A DNA stretch of 64,000 nt, taken from the NCBI GenBank assembly GCA_037447435.1, contig JBBIGR010000017.1, positions 28,985-92,984 of the forward strand. Direction: 5' to 3'. The notes below the pieces were generated by a model. The model did no database searches. It saw nothing but the letters and a program-made list of their open reading frames with translations, and was not told the origin of the DNA. The DNA is from Fibrobacteria bacterium (GTDB taxonomy: Bacteria; Fibrobacterota; Chitinivibrionia; Chitinivibrionales; FEN-1185). The number at the start of each line of letters is the position of its first letter. Positions within the stretch are counted from its first letter, which is position 1. Positions 28,135 to 37,101 of the stretch are shown piece by piece. Made by a program: the position numbers and the translations under genes.

Positions 28135-29889
28135 TCAATTAATTTCCAGCGATGCCAAATATCGAAACATCGTGCTCCGGCTCATACCCAAAAGCTGCGC
28201 AGTTTTTTCTTTATTCCCTTGGCAATGGAGAAGTGCTTTTGATATAAAATCTCTTTGAAACGCATTAGTGGCTTTATTGAGATCGAATTCAACATTTATG
28301 TCCTGGTTGCGATAATGGTCGGATATATCGGCTAATACATTCGTCGATGTGACGACCGCTTTATGGACGGCATTTGATAATTCCCGAACATTGCCAGGCC
28401 ATTCATAGTGCCTAATGAACCGCAATGTATCTTCCGAAAAATCGATTACCCCTTTTGCCGGATATTCGCGCTTATATTTTTCCAGAAAAAAATATGCCAG
28501 CATCACGGAGTCATCCTGACGTTCTCGAAGAGAAGGAATATGGATCGTGAATTGATTTAATCGATAAAAAAGATCCTGTCGGAACGCTCCTTTTTTAACC
28601 ATATCGGTTAGTTTTTTATTTGTTGCGCAAATGACGCGAACATCCACATCCTTTTCATGGGAAGATCCTACCGGTCTGATTACGCCGGATTCCAACGTTC
28701 GTAACAATTTGGCTTGCGTTTCCAAAGGCATTTCACCAATTTCGTCGAGGAAAATTGTTCCTCCATCTGCGGTCTCAAAAAGCCCCAGATGGTCATTTGT
28801 TGCACCTGTAAATGCTCCCTTTTTATGTCCGAACAATTCCGACTCCAAAAGATTCCCTTGCAGAGAACTGCAATTGACGACAACGTAATTGCCGGCAGAG
28901 CGACGGCAATTGTCATGAATTCCCTTCGCAATGACGTCTTTACCGGTTCCGGTTTCACCTTCAAGCAAAACTGAAATGTCGGATTCGGAAGCAAAATTCA
29001 TCAACTTGAAAATTTCCTTCATTGCAGGAGATTGGCCGATAATCCCATTGGTTTTTGAGAAACTTAAAAGTTTTTGTATACTGGCATCTTGGCTTTCTAT
29101 TAGATCGACATGACCGACAAGCAGCCCCGCTATTAATGAAAAAAGCTGCAAATGTTGCAGGTCTTTTTCGGAATATGAAAAAGAAGTGTTTGTTGATCCG
29201 AGATAGGCAATTCCGATTTCTTTCTTTGCAGCTCGTATTGGGCAGCAAATAACCGATGATAGTTTTAGGTCTGATACGCTTTTTGAAAGTGAAAACGCCG
29301 GATCGGACAATGCGTTAGGAATGCAAATGCCTTTTCCTGTTTTTATCACCGATTGAACTATCGTGTCACTGAATTGTTCATTGGGATCGTCGCTAGAGGA
29401 TGAAACAAAAACCTTGGGATTTCCATCGGAATCCAATGTAAAAATAAACGCATGCGTGCCGCCAATAGTGGCAATAAAAATTTCCATAGTCTTTTTCAGC
29501 AGCGTTTTTACATCACGCTCACAATACAATGAATCGGAAAAAAAAGAAAGATTCTGAAGCATTTTGCCGGATTCGTCGGGCTGCTCGACGGAAAACGAAC
29601 CGGATTTTACTTGTGCTAATTTAAAATTGCTCGAACCGATCGACACGCAATCTCCGGGAAGAATTTGGGCCTTTTTAAATTTTAAACCGTTCAACTTAAC
29701 CATAGATGAATTCAGGAGATTTTCTACGGTACAATCCGCTTTATTAACGTTTAGGCGAACCGCGATATCCGGCACATTCTGTTCATCGACGATGATATCG
29801 TTACCAGGTTCCGCTCCAAGCAAGAACGCCTGCGACCGTATGATAATTTCTTCTTCCCTGTTTTCGCAATACCGTATAAGTTTATACAT
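28135..29889 (-). CDS. sigma54-dependent enhancer-binding protein, FHA-like + GAF + AAA+ + Fis-HTH
   Basis: GETGTGKD Walker A, ESELFGHKKGAFTGA, FLDEIGE Walker B, FRQDLFYRL, WPGNVREL, C-terminal HTH. GAF (SDTIV...SVICCPI). Degenerate FHA fold at the N-terminus. Confidence 0.93.
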   Translation of the reverse strand: MYKLIRYCENREEEIIIRSQAFLLGAEPGNDIIVDEQNVPDIAVRLNVNKADCTVENLLNSSMVKLNGLKFKKAQILPGDCVSIGSSNFKLAQVKSGSFSVEQPDESGKMLQNLSFFSDSLYCERDVKTLLKKTMEIFIATIGGTHAFIFTLDSDGNPKVFVSSSSDDPNEQFSDTIVQSVIKTGKGICIPNALSDPAFSLSKSVSDLKLSSVICCPIRAAKKEIGIAYLGSTNTSFSYSEKDLQHLQLFSLIAGLLVGHVDLIESQDASIQKLLSFSKTNGIIGQSPAMKEIFKLMNFASESDISVLLEGETGTGKDVIAKGIHDNCRRSAGNYVVVNCSSLQGNLLESELFGHKKGAFTGATNDHLGLFETADGGTIFLDEIGEMPLETQAKLLRTLESGVIRPVGSSHEKDVDVRVICATNKKLTDMVKKGAFRQDLFYRLNQFTIHIPSLRERQDDSVMLAYFFLEKYKREYPAKGVIDFSEDTLRFIRHYEWPGNVRELSNAVHKAVVTSTNVLADISDHYRNQDINVEFDLNKATNAFQRDFISKALLHCQGNKEKTAQLLGMSRSTMFRYLASLEIN

Positions 29890-29891
29890 GA

Positions 29892-30881
29892 TTAAAATAC
29901 CAGCGTCCCTTTATGAATTGTAAAATTATTCCATGCGCACGATCTTGTTTCCTGCCTGTTATCAACAATCATGCGTAAGTGGAAAAAGAGATTGTTATTA
30001 ACCGGAAAATTCAACTTGTTAAGAGTGTCTTGATCGGTATTTCCCATTGAAGAATATATAAAATGCATTGTCGAATCGGTTTTTGAAAGCCATAAAACGC
30101 CTGAAAAATAGTCACGAACCGTGCTCGAAACTTGCCCATTTATACTTTTGCATTTTATTTCAGTGCTCGCATTTATTGCGGACAAATATATGCCCGCGAC
30201 GTCTCCTGCCCATTTGCCGGTATCGTCGGTCGTTGAAACGAAAAACCCGCATTCATATCCATTTTTAAAAAATTCGAGAAGGGAGAATTCTATGCTGCAG
30301 GTAAAATCCCCTTTCACGGTAAAATTGCTTCGAATACCTGTTTTACAGGCAGCGGCCGTCGAAACATCCGCCTGAAAAATAAATTGCAAGGTCGCATCTG
30401 CGGTGCTGATAAAACTTCTTTTTATTACGGATCCTGTGTCAAGAATGCTATAAAATTTCCAGCCGTTTATTGGGAACAAATCGAACGTTTCGATATATTT
30501 TTTCTTAAAATCATATTCGATCGGGCATTTTCCGCCTTGCTGATCCACGACGTCGAACCGGCCCGAGAAATCGCCAAATTGACAACCGGGATAAAACAAC
30601 AGAACCGTTTTGGTCCCCAACGTTTTTTCAACAAGCCTACTCGTTCCTATCCATGCGTTTGAAACCGAAACGATGCTGTCGTTAAGGTCTGATATGGAAA
30701 TTGAATCTATTAAGCTATCGGGGTAATAAATCGATTTGTTTAATACGGAATTGGCTGCGACAATTGCAGGAGTATTGTTGTTGAGAGGTATGTTTGTATT
30801 ATGATAACAGCTTAAAAACCCGGCACCCAGAAGAATAGGCGCGCATATAAAATAAACTGTAAATTTAAAATTCATATACAA
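29892..30881 (-). CDS. Hypothetical lipoprotein, beta-rich
   Basis: Signal peptide ending in lipobox-like FLS-C. Overlaps the upstream gene's stop codon. Confidence 0.65.
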   Translation of the reverse strand: MYMNFKFTVYFICAPILLGAGFLSCYHNTNIPLNNNTPAIVAANSVLNKSIYYPDSLIDSISISDLNDSIVSVSNAWIGTSRLVEKTLGTKTVLLFYPGCQFGDFSGRFDVVDQQGGKCPIEYDFKKKYIETFDLFPINGWKFYSILDTGSVIKRSFISTADATLQFIFQADVSTAAACKTGIRSNFTVKGDFTCSIEFSLLEFFKNGYECGFFVSTTDDTGKWAGDVAGIYLSAINASTEIKCKSINGQVSSTVRDYFSGVLWLSKTDSTMHFIYSSMGNTDQDTLNKLNFPVNNNLFFHLRMIVDNRQETRSCAWNNFTIHKGTLVF

Positions 30882-31653
30882 AAGTAATTTCCGGAAAACC
30901 GGTTATTTGAAGGCTGATTTTCTTTTGGTTTAAAAAGGTTTTTTCATATTTATAAAACAACAAAGATCCTCCGATTATCGATAATGCCGATGCTGCGATG
31001 TAAATAGTCGTATAGGTATCTTCGTCATTTACTTGTGTTTTCAAACTGTTGTATTCTTGCAAATTTCCATTGGAAGCGGCGTTGGTAAATTCCGTAAAAC
31101 TTTCCTTTGACTTTTTGTATTCAAAAAAGCCTTCTATTCCGGTAACAATCCCCGTTAGAACGCAGACACCCGAAGCTGCTAAAAAATACGTTTGTGAAAT
31201 TGTCTGTTTTTCTTTTTTCAAATTTAATTTCGAAGTCATTATGGCAATGTCTTTTTGTTTTAATAATGAATCCTGCCTCATTTTTTCAATCAGATTCTTT
31301 TTATACTCCTCTTTTGCAGAGTAAAAAACATCCTGAATTGTTTTGGAAATATATTGAGAATCTATCGTGACCGATGAATCCAAAACCAATGCATTGGAAA
31401 AAATTATTCTTGCTTCCGAAATTCTGCCTTTTGCCGAATACGCAACGCCAAGGATCTTGAAATAAAAGGAATTTTCTTTATCCGCAACCGTCAAAGCATG
31501 GTTTTTTACCAAAGGCTCTAAAATTTGAATAATGCTGTCATATTCTCCCCATTTAAAATGATTATCGATTTTAGAGAAAGAAAATTGCTCTGCAGCATAG
31601 GTGTTCATTCCGAAAAGGAGTATTATAAATAGTAATTTGTCAAAACGTTTCAT
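30865..31653 (-). CDS. Secreted TPR-like protein with two hydrophobic helices and an aromatic C-terminus
   Basis: ATG 31653 gives signal peptide MKRFDKLLFIILLFGMNTYA. TPR-like ILGVAYSAKGRISEARIIFSNAL. Ends ...EITFVYEF. Confidence 0.65.
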   Translation of the reverse strand: MKRFDKLLFIILLFGMNTYAAEQFSFSKIDNHFKWGEYDSIIQILEPLVKNHALTVADKENSFYFKILGVAYSAKGRISEARIIFSNALVLDSSVTIDSQYISKTIQDVFYSAKEEYKKNLIEKMRQDSLLKQKDIAIMTSKLNLKKEKQTISQTYFLAASGVCVLTGIVTGIEGFFEYKKSKESFTEFTNAASNGNLQEYNSLKTQVNDEDTYTTIYIAASALSIIGGSLLFYKYEKTFLNQKKISLQITGFPEITFVYEF

Positions 31654-31686
31654 ACATTTTAATCGATAACCCGGGGAATTTAACAA

Positions 31687-33273
31687 TCAAGGGTTGGGAG
31701 ATAATTGTATCCGTTTCTCGATTGTATCATTTGTATTGCAATCTATAGAAAATTCGACTTTTTGAAAACCATCCTTTTGAATCGAAACGGTATGGTTGCC
31801 TACGGAAACAATCGCAAAAGAAATTGTCGGATATTCTCCGACAAAAATTCCGTCGACAGAAATTTTTGTCCATGGCGGATTTGTTTTAATATATACAATC
31901 GCATTACCGTTTTTTTTCATTTTTGTAGAATCCACACTTGTAAGTATTGCGTTGTCGTTGTTTTTATCAACAAAGACCGGCGCAGCGGCATTTGATCGAA
32001 CGATCTCGCTTTTTACATGGAATTTGTCGCCAGGATTGATTCTTTCGTTTTGCACCGGTATCGTTTTTTGCGGGACATTCACGGATTCAATTCTTGTCGA
32101 ATCACCGTGCTTTAGGATACCGTTGTTGACCAATGCAGTATTATGATTGTCAAAGCGCTTCGTATGCGACCTGAAAAACAACAAGCTCGCTATCGCACAA
32201 AAAAGGAAGCACGTTCCTAAAAAAAACAACCGTTTGTTCTTATTGCCCTTGCCGGCTTTATACAATATTTTTTTTTCAAACTCGCTGACAGTCCCAAAAC
32301 ACGATGCGATTGACAATTCTTTTATTGCAATAGCCTTATTTTTTCTTTTAAAACTTTCCTTGGCTTTTCCGTGGAAATGATTAAACAATTCTTCATCTTC
32401 CAGAATTTTATATTGAGTACTGTTTTCAATCAATCCGGTTATCCGGTTCCTGGAAACGGTCATTTTTTCGGAAATCCGGAAACTTTCCATGATAGAACAA
32501 CACTCTGCTGCAGAAGGACGATCTTGAGGATCTTTTTTTAAACACCTATCAATAATATTCGACAAATCCGGTAATATCTTTTGGTTCTTCATAAAAACGG
32601 GGGCCGGTTGACACGATTCTATGGCATGGAACACATGGTTGATGGTTTCTCCGGCAAATGCAGGTTCCCCGGTCGCGCACATATAGGCAACAAGACCGGC
32701 GGAAAAAACATCGGTTTTTTCCGTTACTCTTTTTCCGGCAACCTGTTCGGGCGACATGAAATTCGGCGAACCCATAAATGAACCCGTCATGGTCATCGAG
32801 TCGTTACCCATAAGATGCGCTATCCCAAAATCCATTATCTTTAAATAACCATTATTATCAATCATCAAATTGGAAGGTTTAATGTCTCTATGACATATTC
32901 CCTTGCCATGTGCTTCTTTCAAGCCCGAAAACAATTGATGGCAAATTGAGAGAATAACAAGATTAGGGATTGGAGCAAATTTTCTGATAAATTCAAGCAA
33001 AGTGTTGCCGCTTAAATATTCCATAACCAGAAAACATTTTTCATCGGTAATTCCAAAATCAAATATTTTTACTATGTTTTCATGGGATAATGCCGCAATT
33101 GCCGACGCTTCATTTTCAAATCTTTTTCTTGCTTTTTCACTTTCAGCAAGATGCGGATGCAACACTTTCATCGCAATTTCGCGACCGAGGATTTTGTCAT
33201 GCGCCAGATACACGACAGCCATCCCGCCGCTGCCGATTTTCCGTTTGGTAACATAACGCAGTTTGTCGTCCAT
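31687..33273 (-). CDS. Membrane Hanks-type Ser/Thr protein kinase with C-terminal PEGA domain
   Basis: GSGGMAVV, AMK, HRDIKPSN, DFG, MSPEQ, DVFSAG intact. TM LFFLGTCFLFCAIASLLFF. PEGA (IKTNPPW..ISVDG...GNHTVSIQKDGF). Confidence 0.93.
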   Translation of the reverse strand: MDDKLRYVTKRKIGSGGMAVVYLAHDKILGREIAMKVLHPHLAESEKARKRFENEASAIAALSHENIVKIFDFGITDEKCFLVMEYLSGNTLLEFIRKFAPIPNLVILSICHQLFSGLKEAHGKGICHRDIKPSNLMIDNNGYLKIMDFGIAHLMGNDSMTMTGSFMGSPNFMSPEQVAGKRVTEKTDVFSAGLVAYMCATGEPAFAGETINHVFHAIESCQPAPVFMKNQKILPDLSNIIDRCLKKDPQDRPSAAECCSIMESFRISEKMTVSRNRITGLIENSTQYKILEDEELFNHFHGKAKESFKRKNKAIAIKELSIASCFGTVSEFEKKILYKAGKGNKNKRLFFLGTCFLFCAIASLLFFRSHTKRFDNHNTALVNNGILKHGDSTRIESVNVPQKTIPVQNERINPGDKFHVKSEIVRSNAAAPVFVDKNNDNAILTSVDSTKMKKNGNAIVYIKTNPPWTKISVDGIFVGEYPTISFAIVSVGNHTVSIQKDGFQKVEFSIDCNTNDTIEKRIQLSPNP

Positions 33274-33282
33274 TCGTAATCC

Positions 33283-33990
33283 TTATTTCACTGCGCAAAT
33301 ACAAATTCTTCTTTTTGCCAAATTTCCGATGCCGGGGATAAAAATGAGCAGTTTCTCCAATATGTTAAAAACGGGAATGTGGGTTGGTTCGAAATAGGCT
33401 TCCTTAATTGTAAAACCGCACTTTTGCAAGAGAGCAAGATACTCTTTCATCGAACGAAGCCCGATATGCGATTTATCTTCTTTAAGAATGATATTGTGTT
33501 TTTTCAATTTTTCGAACAAATGGGAATAATTCGGCGTATAGATGATAAACTTGCCGCCCCTTTTTAAAATCCTGAACACTTCCGAGACCGTAGGCAGGAG
33601 AAATTGGTCATCAAGATGTTCGGTGAAATCAACAGCTGCAACCCCATCGAACGACGCTTCCTTTAATCCGATGTTTCTGCTGTCGCAACAAATCCCTTTA
33701 AACTGTTTCTGAGGAAATTCTTGTTTGAAATTTTCTTTTGCTATTGCCAACGAATGTTTTGAATAATCGATGCCGGTAATATTTACGCCGGCTTTTGATA
33801 ATGCTGTCATAATGGTCCCGACACCCGATCCCAAATCGACCACAGCGTCTGCTTGGCGCGGTTGTAACAGAGAAAATACCCTTTTAAGCTTTATCCTCGT
33901 AAACCTGTTGCCGTGTTTTAATCGGGCGACATGCTTTTGATAATAGTCGGTATCGTAATATTCCTTTGTAATTTCAGGATTGTTCGACAT
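33283..33990 (-). CDS. Class I SAM-dependent methyltransferase
   Basis: VVDLGSGVG motif I, GIDYS, TEHL, RILKRGG. Likely start ATG 33990. Confidence 0.88.
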   Translation of the reverse strand: MSNNPEITKEYYDTDYYQKHVARLKHGNRFTRIKLKRVFSLLQPRQADAVVDLGSGVGTIMTALSKAGVNITGIDYSKHSLAIAKENFKQEFPQKQFKGICCDSRNIGLKEASFDGVAAVDFTEHLDDQFLLPTVSEVFRILKRGGKFIIYTPNYSHLFEKLKKHNIILKEDKSHIGLRSMKEYLALLQKCGFTIKEAYFEPTHIPVFNILEKLLIFIPGIGNLAKRRICICAVK

Positions 33991-34024
33991 AGAATTGTAG
34001 CCTTGATAAAATCCATTTAATAGA

Positions 34025-34738
34025 TTAAGAGCGTTTTTCCGGCTTTTGAAAAACCATGTATACCGCTCTTGAAAATAAATACTCCAATTTAAAAATCCCC
34101 TTGTATTCAAATACGAAATTTTCTTTGTAGAACCGTAACAAGAAAAACAACGCTTTATTTAACAAATTAAAAATCAGTCCCGGAAAAACCGGTAGAGATC
34201 CGTAAATAAACCGCTTACGAATGATATTCAACCCCGAATCTTTCGCAAGTTGGGAAAGTCTATTGGCGGTTATCGGATACCCATGAGAATAATCTGCGTC
34301 ATAAAAAAGTTTTTTCATATCGTTAAAATCCGGCGCTATTACAAGAAAAATTCCGCCCGGCAGTAACACTCTCTGAACTTCAGAGAAAAAACCGCATGCA
34401 TGCATGTGGTCGGGCATATGTTCCAAAACATGCGTGGCCACGACCGCCATTTGGGAATTATCGGATTCCAAGAGCGGCGGGACATACGATTCGCGAACTA
34501 CGATATCATGTTTTCGCAATTCAGCAGCCAAAGCCGGACTGGCCTCATAGGCGGTATATGCGCGAACGGATTTGAGTTTATCGGCAACCCGGCCTTCGCC
34601 AGGGCCTATCTCAATAACGGGATCATTATCTTCTGTATAGCGCAATGCCTCTTTTGCAACAAAATCGGCAAAATAAGTGTTTAGCCACTGTCCCAACCGG
34701 CTTACTTTGCGAACTTTATAATAATTTGAATACGCCAT
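34025..34738 (-). CDS. Class I SAM-dependent methyltransferase (Methyltransf_11/23-like)
   Basis: IEIGPGEG, HVLEHM, RVLLPGG, DYSH. Confidence 0.85.
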   Translation of the reverse strand: MAYSNYYKVRKVSRLGQWLNTYFADFVAKEALRYTEDNDPVIEIGPGEGRVADKLKSVRAYTAYEASPALAAELRKHDIVVRESYVPPLLESDNSQMAVVATHVLEHMPDHMHACGFFSEVQRVLLPGGIFLVIAPDFNDMKKLFYDADYSHGYPITANRLSQLAKDSGLNIIRKRFIYGSLPVFPGLIFNLLNKALFFLLRFYKENFVFEYKGIFKLEYLFSRAVYMVFQKPEKRS

Positions 34739-34895
34739 TTTTCCCCTTAGAAATTGATTATAAATATATATTTAGCTCGCTGGTGAAAGAGTCGCCGCAT
34801 ATTTTAAATGAATTGAAAACATTGCTTTAAAAGGAGTATTTTGAAATCAGGCGATTCGTGCAAAACATCTACTATTTTTTTGTTAAAGGCCGATC

Positions 34896-35879
34896 ATTAT
34901 TAAAAAAACATTTTTAAAAATCCTCAGATTAATCATTTCAATCGTTCCTGTCATTTGGATTTTCTCAACCATTAACTGGTCTCAAATGGGTCGTGCGGTT
35001 GCCACGATTCGATGGTGGACCATCCCTTTGTTGGTGATTTGCATTCTCGGCAGCATGCTTTTGCAAGGCATTCGCTGGTGGATGCTCATACATCCTTTTG
35101 ATCACGCATTATCTTTATCAAAAGCATTAAAAGCACATTTTATCGGACTGTACTACTCTATAGTTTTACCGACATCGGCTGCTCAGGATGTGGTTAGAGC
35201 GGCACTTTTATCAAAGGACACGATTTCCTCTTTAAGTTGGGCTTCCACTTGGGTATCGAGGGTTTTAGGACTATTAACCCTCGCGTTCATGTCGATATAC
35301 GGCTTATTCAATATCGACAGAAGCGGATTGCCGGATAGTTTCTTCAAGTCAATAATCATAACGTTTTGCATCCTCATTCTAATTTCTTTATTGTCGTTTT
35401 CGAAAAAATTCACTTCCCCATTCAGAAATTTCACTCAGCGGATTTTGCCGAAAAGATTTTTCACGCTTCTCGATCAAATTCGTCAAGGTGTCTATAATTA
35501 TCGGGGTAAAGGCGGGACCGTTTTTGTTGTATTTGTCGTTACATTACTTATGCAGCTGTTCATCACCGTTGGCGGATGCCTGGTTATTTTTGGGATTTCG
35601 GGGAAATTTCTGCTGTTTGAATGCCTTGTTTATTTGCCGATGATCGAAATCCTTTGCATTTCCTTGCCGCTGACCCCGAACGGCATCGGCATTCGAGAAG
35701 GTTTATTGGCACTTATGTTCGGCCATGTCGGCCTTAACAAAGAGCAACTCGGCATCTACATCGTACTGGGGTTTTTCTCAATATCTTTAAAACTTGTCGG
35801 CGGGATACCGCTTTTATTCGGTTCGGAAAAGGATAATTCCACAATTAAAAGCGCTCTTTCACATTCGATAAAAACATAA
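34896..35879 (+). CDS. Lysylphosphatidylglycerol-synthase-TM (UPF0104/AglD-like) flippase-family membrane protein
   Basis: GIRW, LPTSAAQDVVR, LPLTPNGIGIRE motifs. The frame is open from 34887 and encodes an extra TM helix before ATG 34986, so the true start is probably ATT/ATC near 34893-34899. Confidence 0.8.
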   Translation: MIKKTFLKILRLIISIVPVIWIFSTINWSQMGRAVATIRWWTIPLLVICILGSMLLQGIRWWMLIHPFDHALSLSKALKAHFIGLYYSIVLPTSAAQDVVRAALLSKDTISSLSWASTWVSRVLGLLTLAFMSIYGLFNIDRSGLPDSFFKSIIITFCILILISLLSFSKKFTSPFRNFTQRILPKRFFTLLDQIRQGVYNYRGKGGTVFVVFVVTLLMQLFITVGGCLVIFGISGKFLLFECLVYLPMIEILCISLPLTPNGIGIREGLLALMFGHVGLNKEQLGIYIVLGFFSISLKLVGGIPLLFGSEKDNSTIKSALSHSIKT

Positions 35880-35901
35880 TTTTTAGCCATGGAACTTTTT
35901 C

Positions 35902-37008
35902 ATGAAAATAAATGTCTATTGTTATGACGACATACGCAATCCACAATGCGGAGGCGGAGGAGCATTCAGAGAATACGAAATTCACAACCTCCTTTCACAA
36001 AAACATACGGTGAATTTTTATTCGGGCAATTTCAACAATGCAATCGACATTTCAAAACCTAATTTCACTCACAAACATTTGGGATTCAAGACGAATTATG
36101 CCGTAAGCAGATTGTCTTTTTCCTTGTTTGCATCAATTCATTCGCTGTTTTCCAAAGCCGATATATACTCTATACCCTATTCAATTTATTCTCCGGTCTT
36201 CACCTTTTTATTTAAAAACAAGAAAACGATAATTTTGTTTTTCCATATTACCGGGACCGAAGTCTTTAAAAAATACGGCCTTATGGGAATAATTCCTTAT
36301 CTGGCCGAAAAGCTTGTACTTGCTTTTGCCAAAAACTTCATCACTTTGACGGATTCAATGGCCGAAGCGATTCGAAAAAAACGCCCGACCGTTTCTGCCA
36401 CGGCGGGTTACGTTTCTTTTGATACCGAAATGCTTTCGCAAAATAACGCAGATGATAATTTCATTCTTTGTTTCGGTCGAATCGATATTCATATGAAGGG
36501 AATCGATATTCTGATTCCTGCTTTTGAATTATGTTGTCCGGCTTTCCCAAAACACACTTTAGTCATTGCGGGAAGAGGCAAAGAAAAAGATGTGCTATGG
36601 CTTAGGAAACGGATACAGGATTCCCCGTATAAAAACCGTATTCGATTGATTCTGAACGCGACTGACGATGAAAAGAAACAGCTTTTCCAAAACGCCTCCT
36701 TTGTTTGCATGCCCTCACGATTTGAAGGATGGAATATTGCTGCAATTGAGGCAGCTGCCAGCTCGAAAGCTACCTTAGGCACAAGGATTCACGGTCTTAC
36801 GGATGCGATTCAGGAAAATAAAACCGGTCTTTTAGTAGAACCGGAAAACATTAATCAACTCGCCGAGTCGATGACGAAATTGCTTTCCAATTCCGAATTG
36901 CGTAATGAACTGGGCAAAAACGGTTATGTGTGGGCAAAGCAGTTCACTCTTGAAAGAATTGCAAAAATCCAGGAAGATTTCTATTATAGCGTCTTAAATA
37001 AACAATGA
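35902..37008 (+). CDS. Glycosyltransferase family 4 (GT-B)
   Basis: GGGG N-terminal loop, FGRI..HMKG, PSRFEGWNIAAIEA (E-x7-E), TGLLV. Confidence 0.92.
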   Translation: MKINVYCYDDIRNPQCGGGGAFREYEIHNLLSQKHTVNFYSGNFNNAIDISKPNFTHKHLGFKTNYAVSRLSFSLFASIHSLFSKADIYSIPYSIYSPVFTFLFKNKKTIILFFHITGTEVFKKYGLMGIIPYLAEKLVLAFAKNFITLTDSMAEAIRKKRPTVSATAGYVSFDTEMLSQNNADDNFILCFGRIDIHMKGIDILIPAFELCCPAFPKHTLVIAGRGKEKDVLWLRKRIQDSPYKNRIRLILNATDDEKKQLFQNASFVCMPSRFEGWNIAAIEAAASSKATLGTRIHGLTDAIQENKTGLLVEPENINQLAESMTKLLSNSELRNELGKNGYVWAKQFTLERIAKIQEDFYYSVLNKQ

Positions 37009-37036
37009 GCGGTTTTGTTTACAAAGAACTTCCGGT

Positions 37037-37089
37037 TATGAAATTAAAAGAGCAGGTTTTTTTGGGGAACCTGCTCTTTTAATTTCATA
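37037..37089. terminator. Bidirectional terminator / long inverted repeat
   Basis: Perfect 22-bp arms TATGAAATTAAAAGAGCAGGTT / AACCTGCTCTTTTAATTTCATA with a 9-nt loop, between convergent genes. Confidence 0.9.
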
Positions 37090-37101
37090 CTTTTTATTTC
37101 A

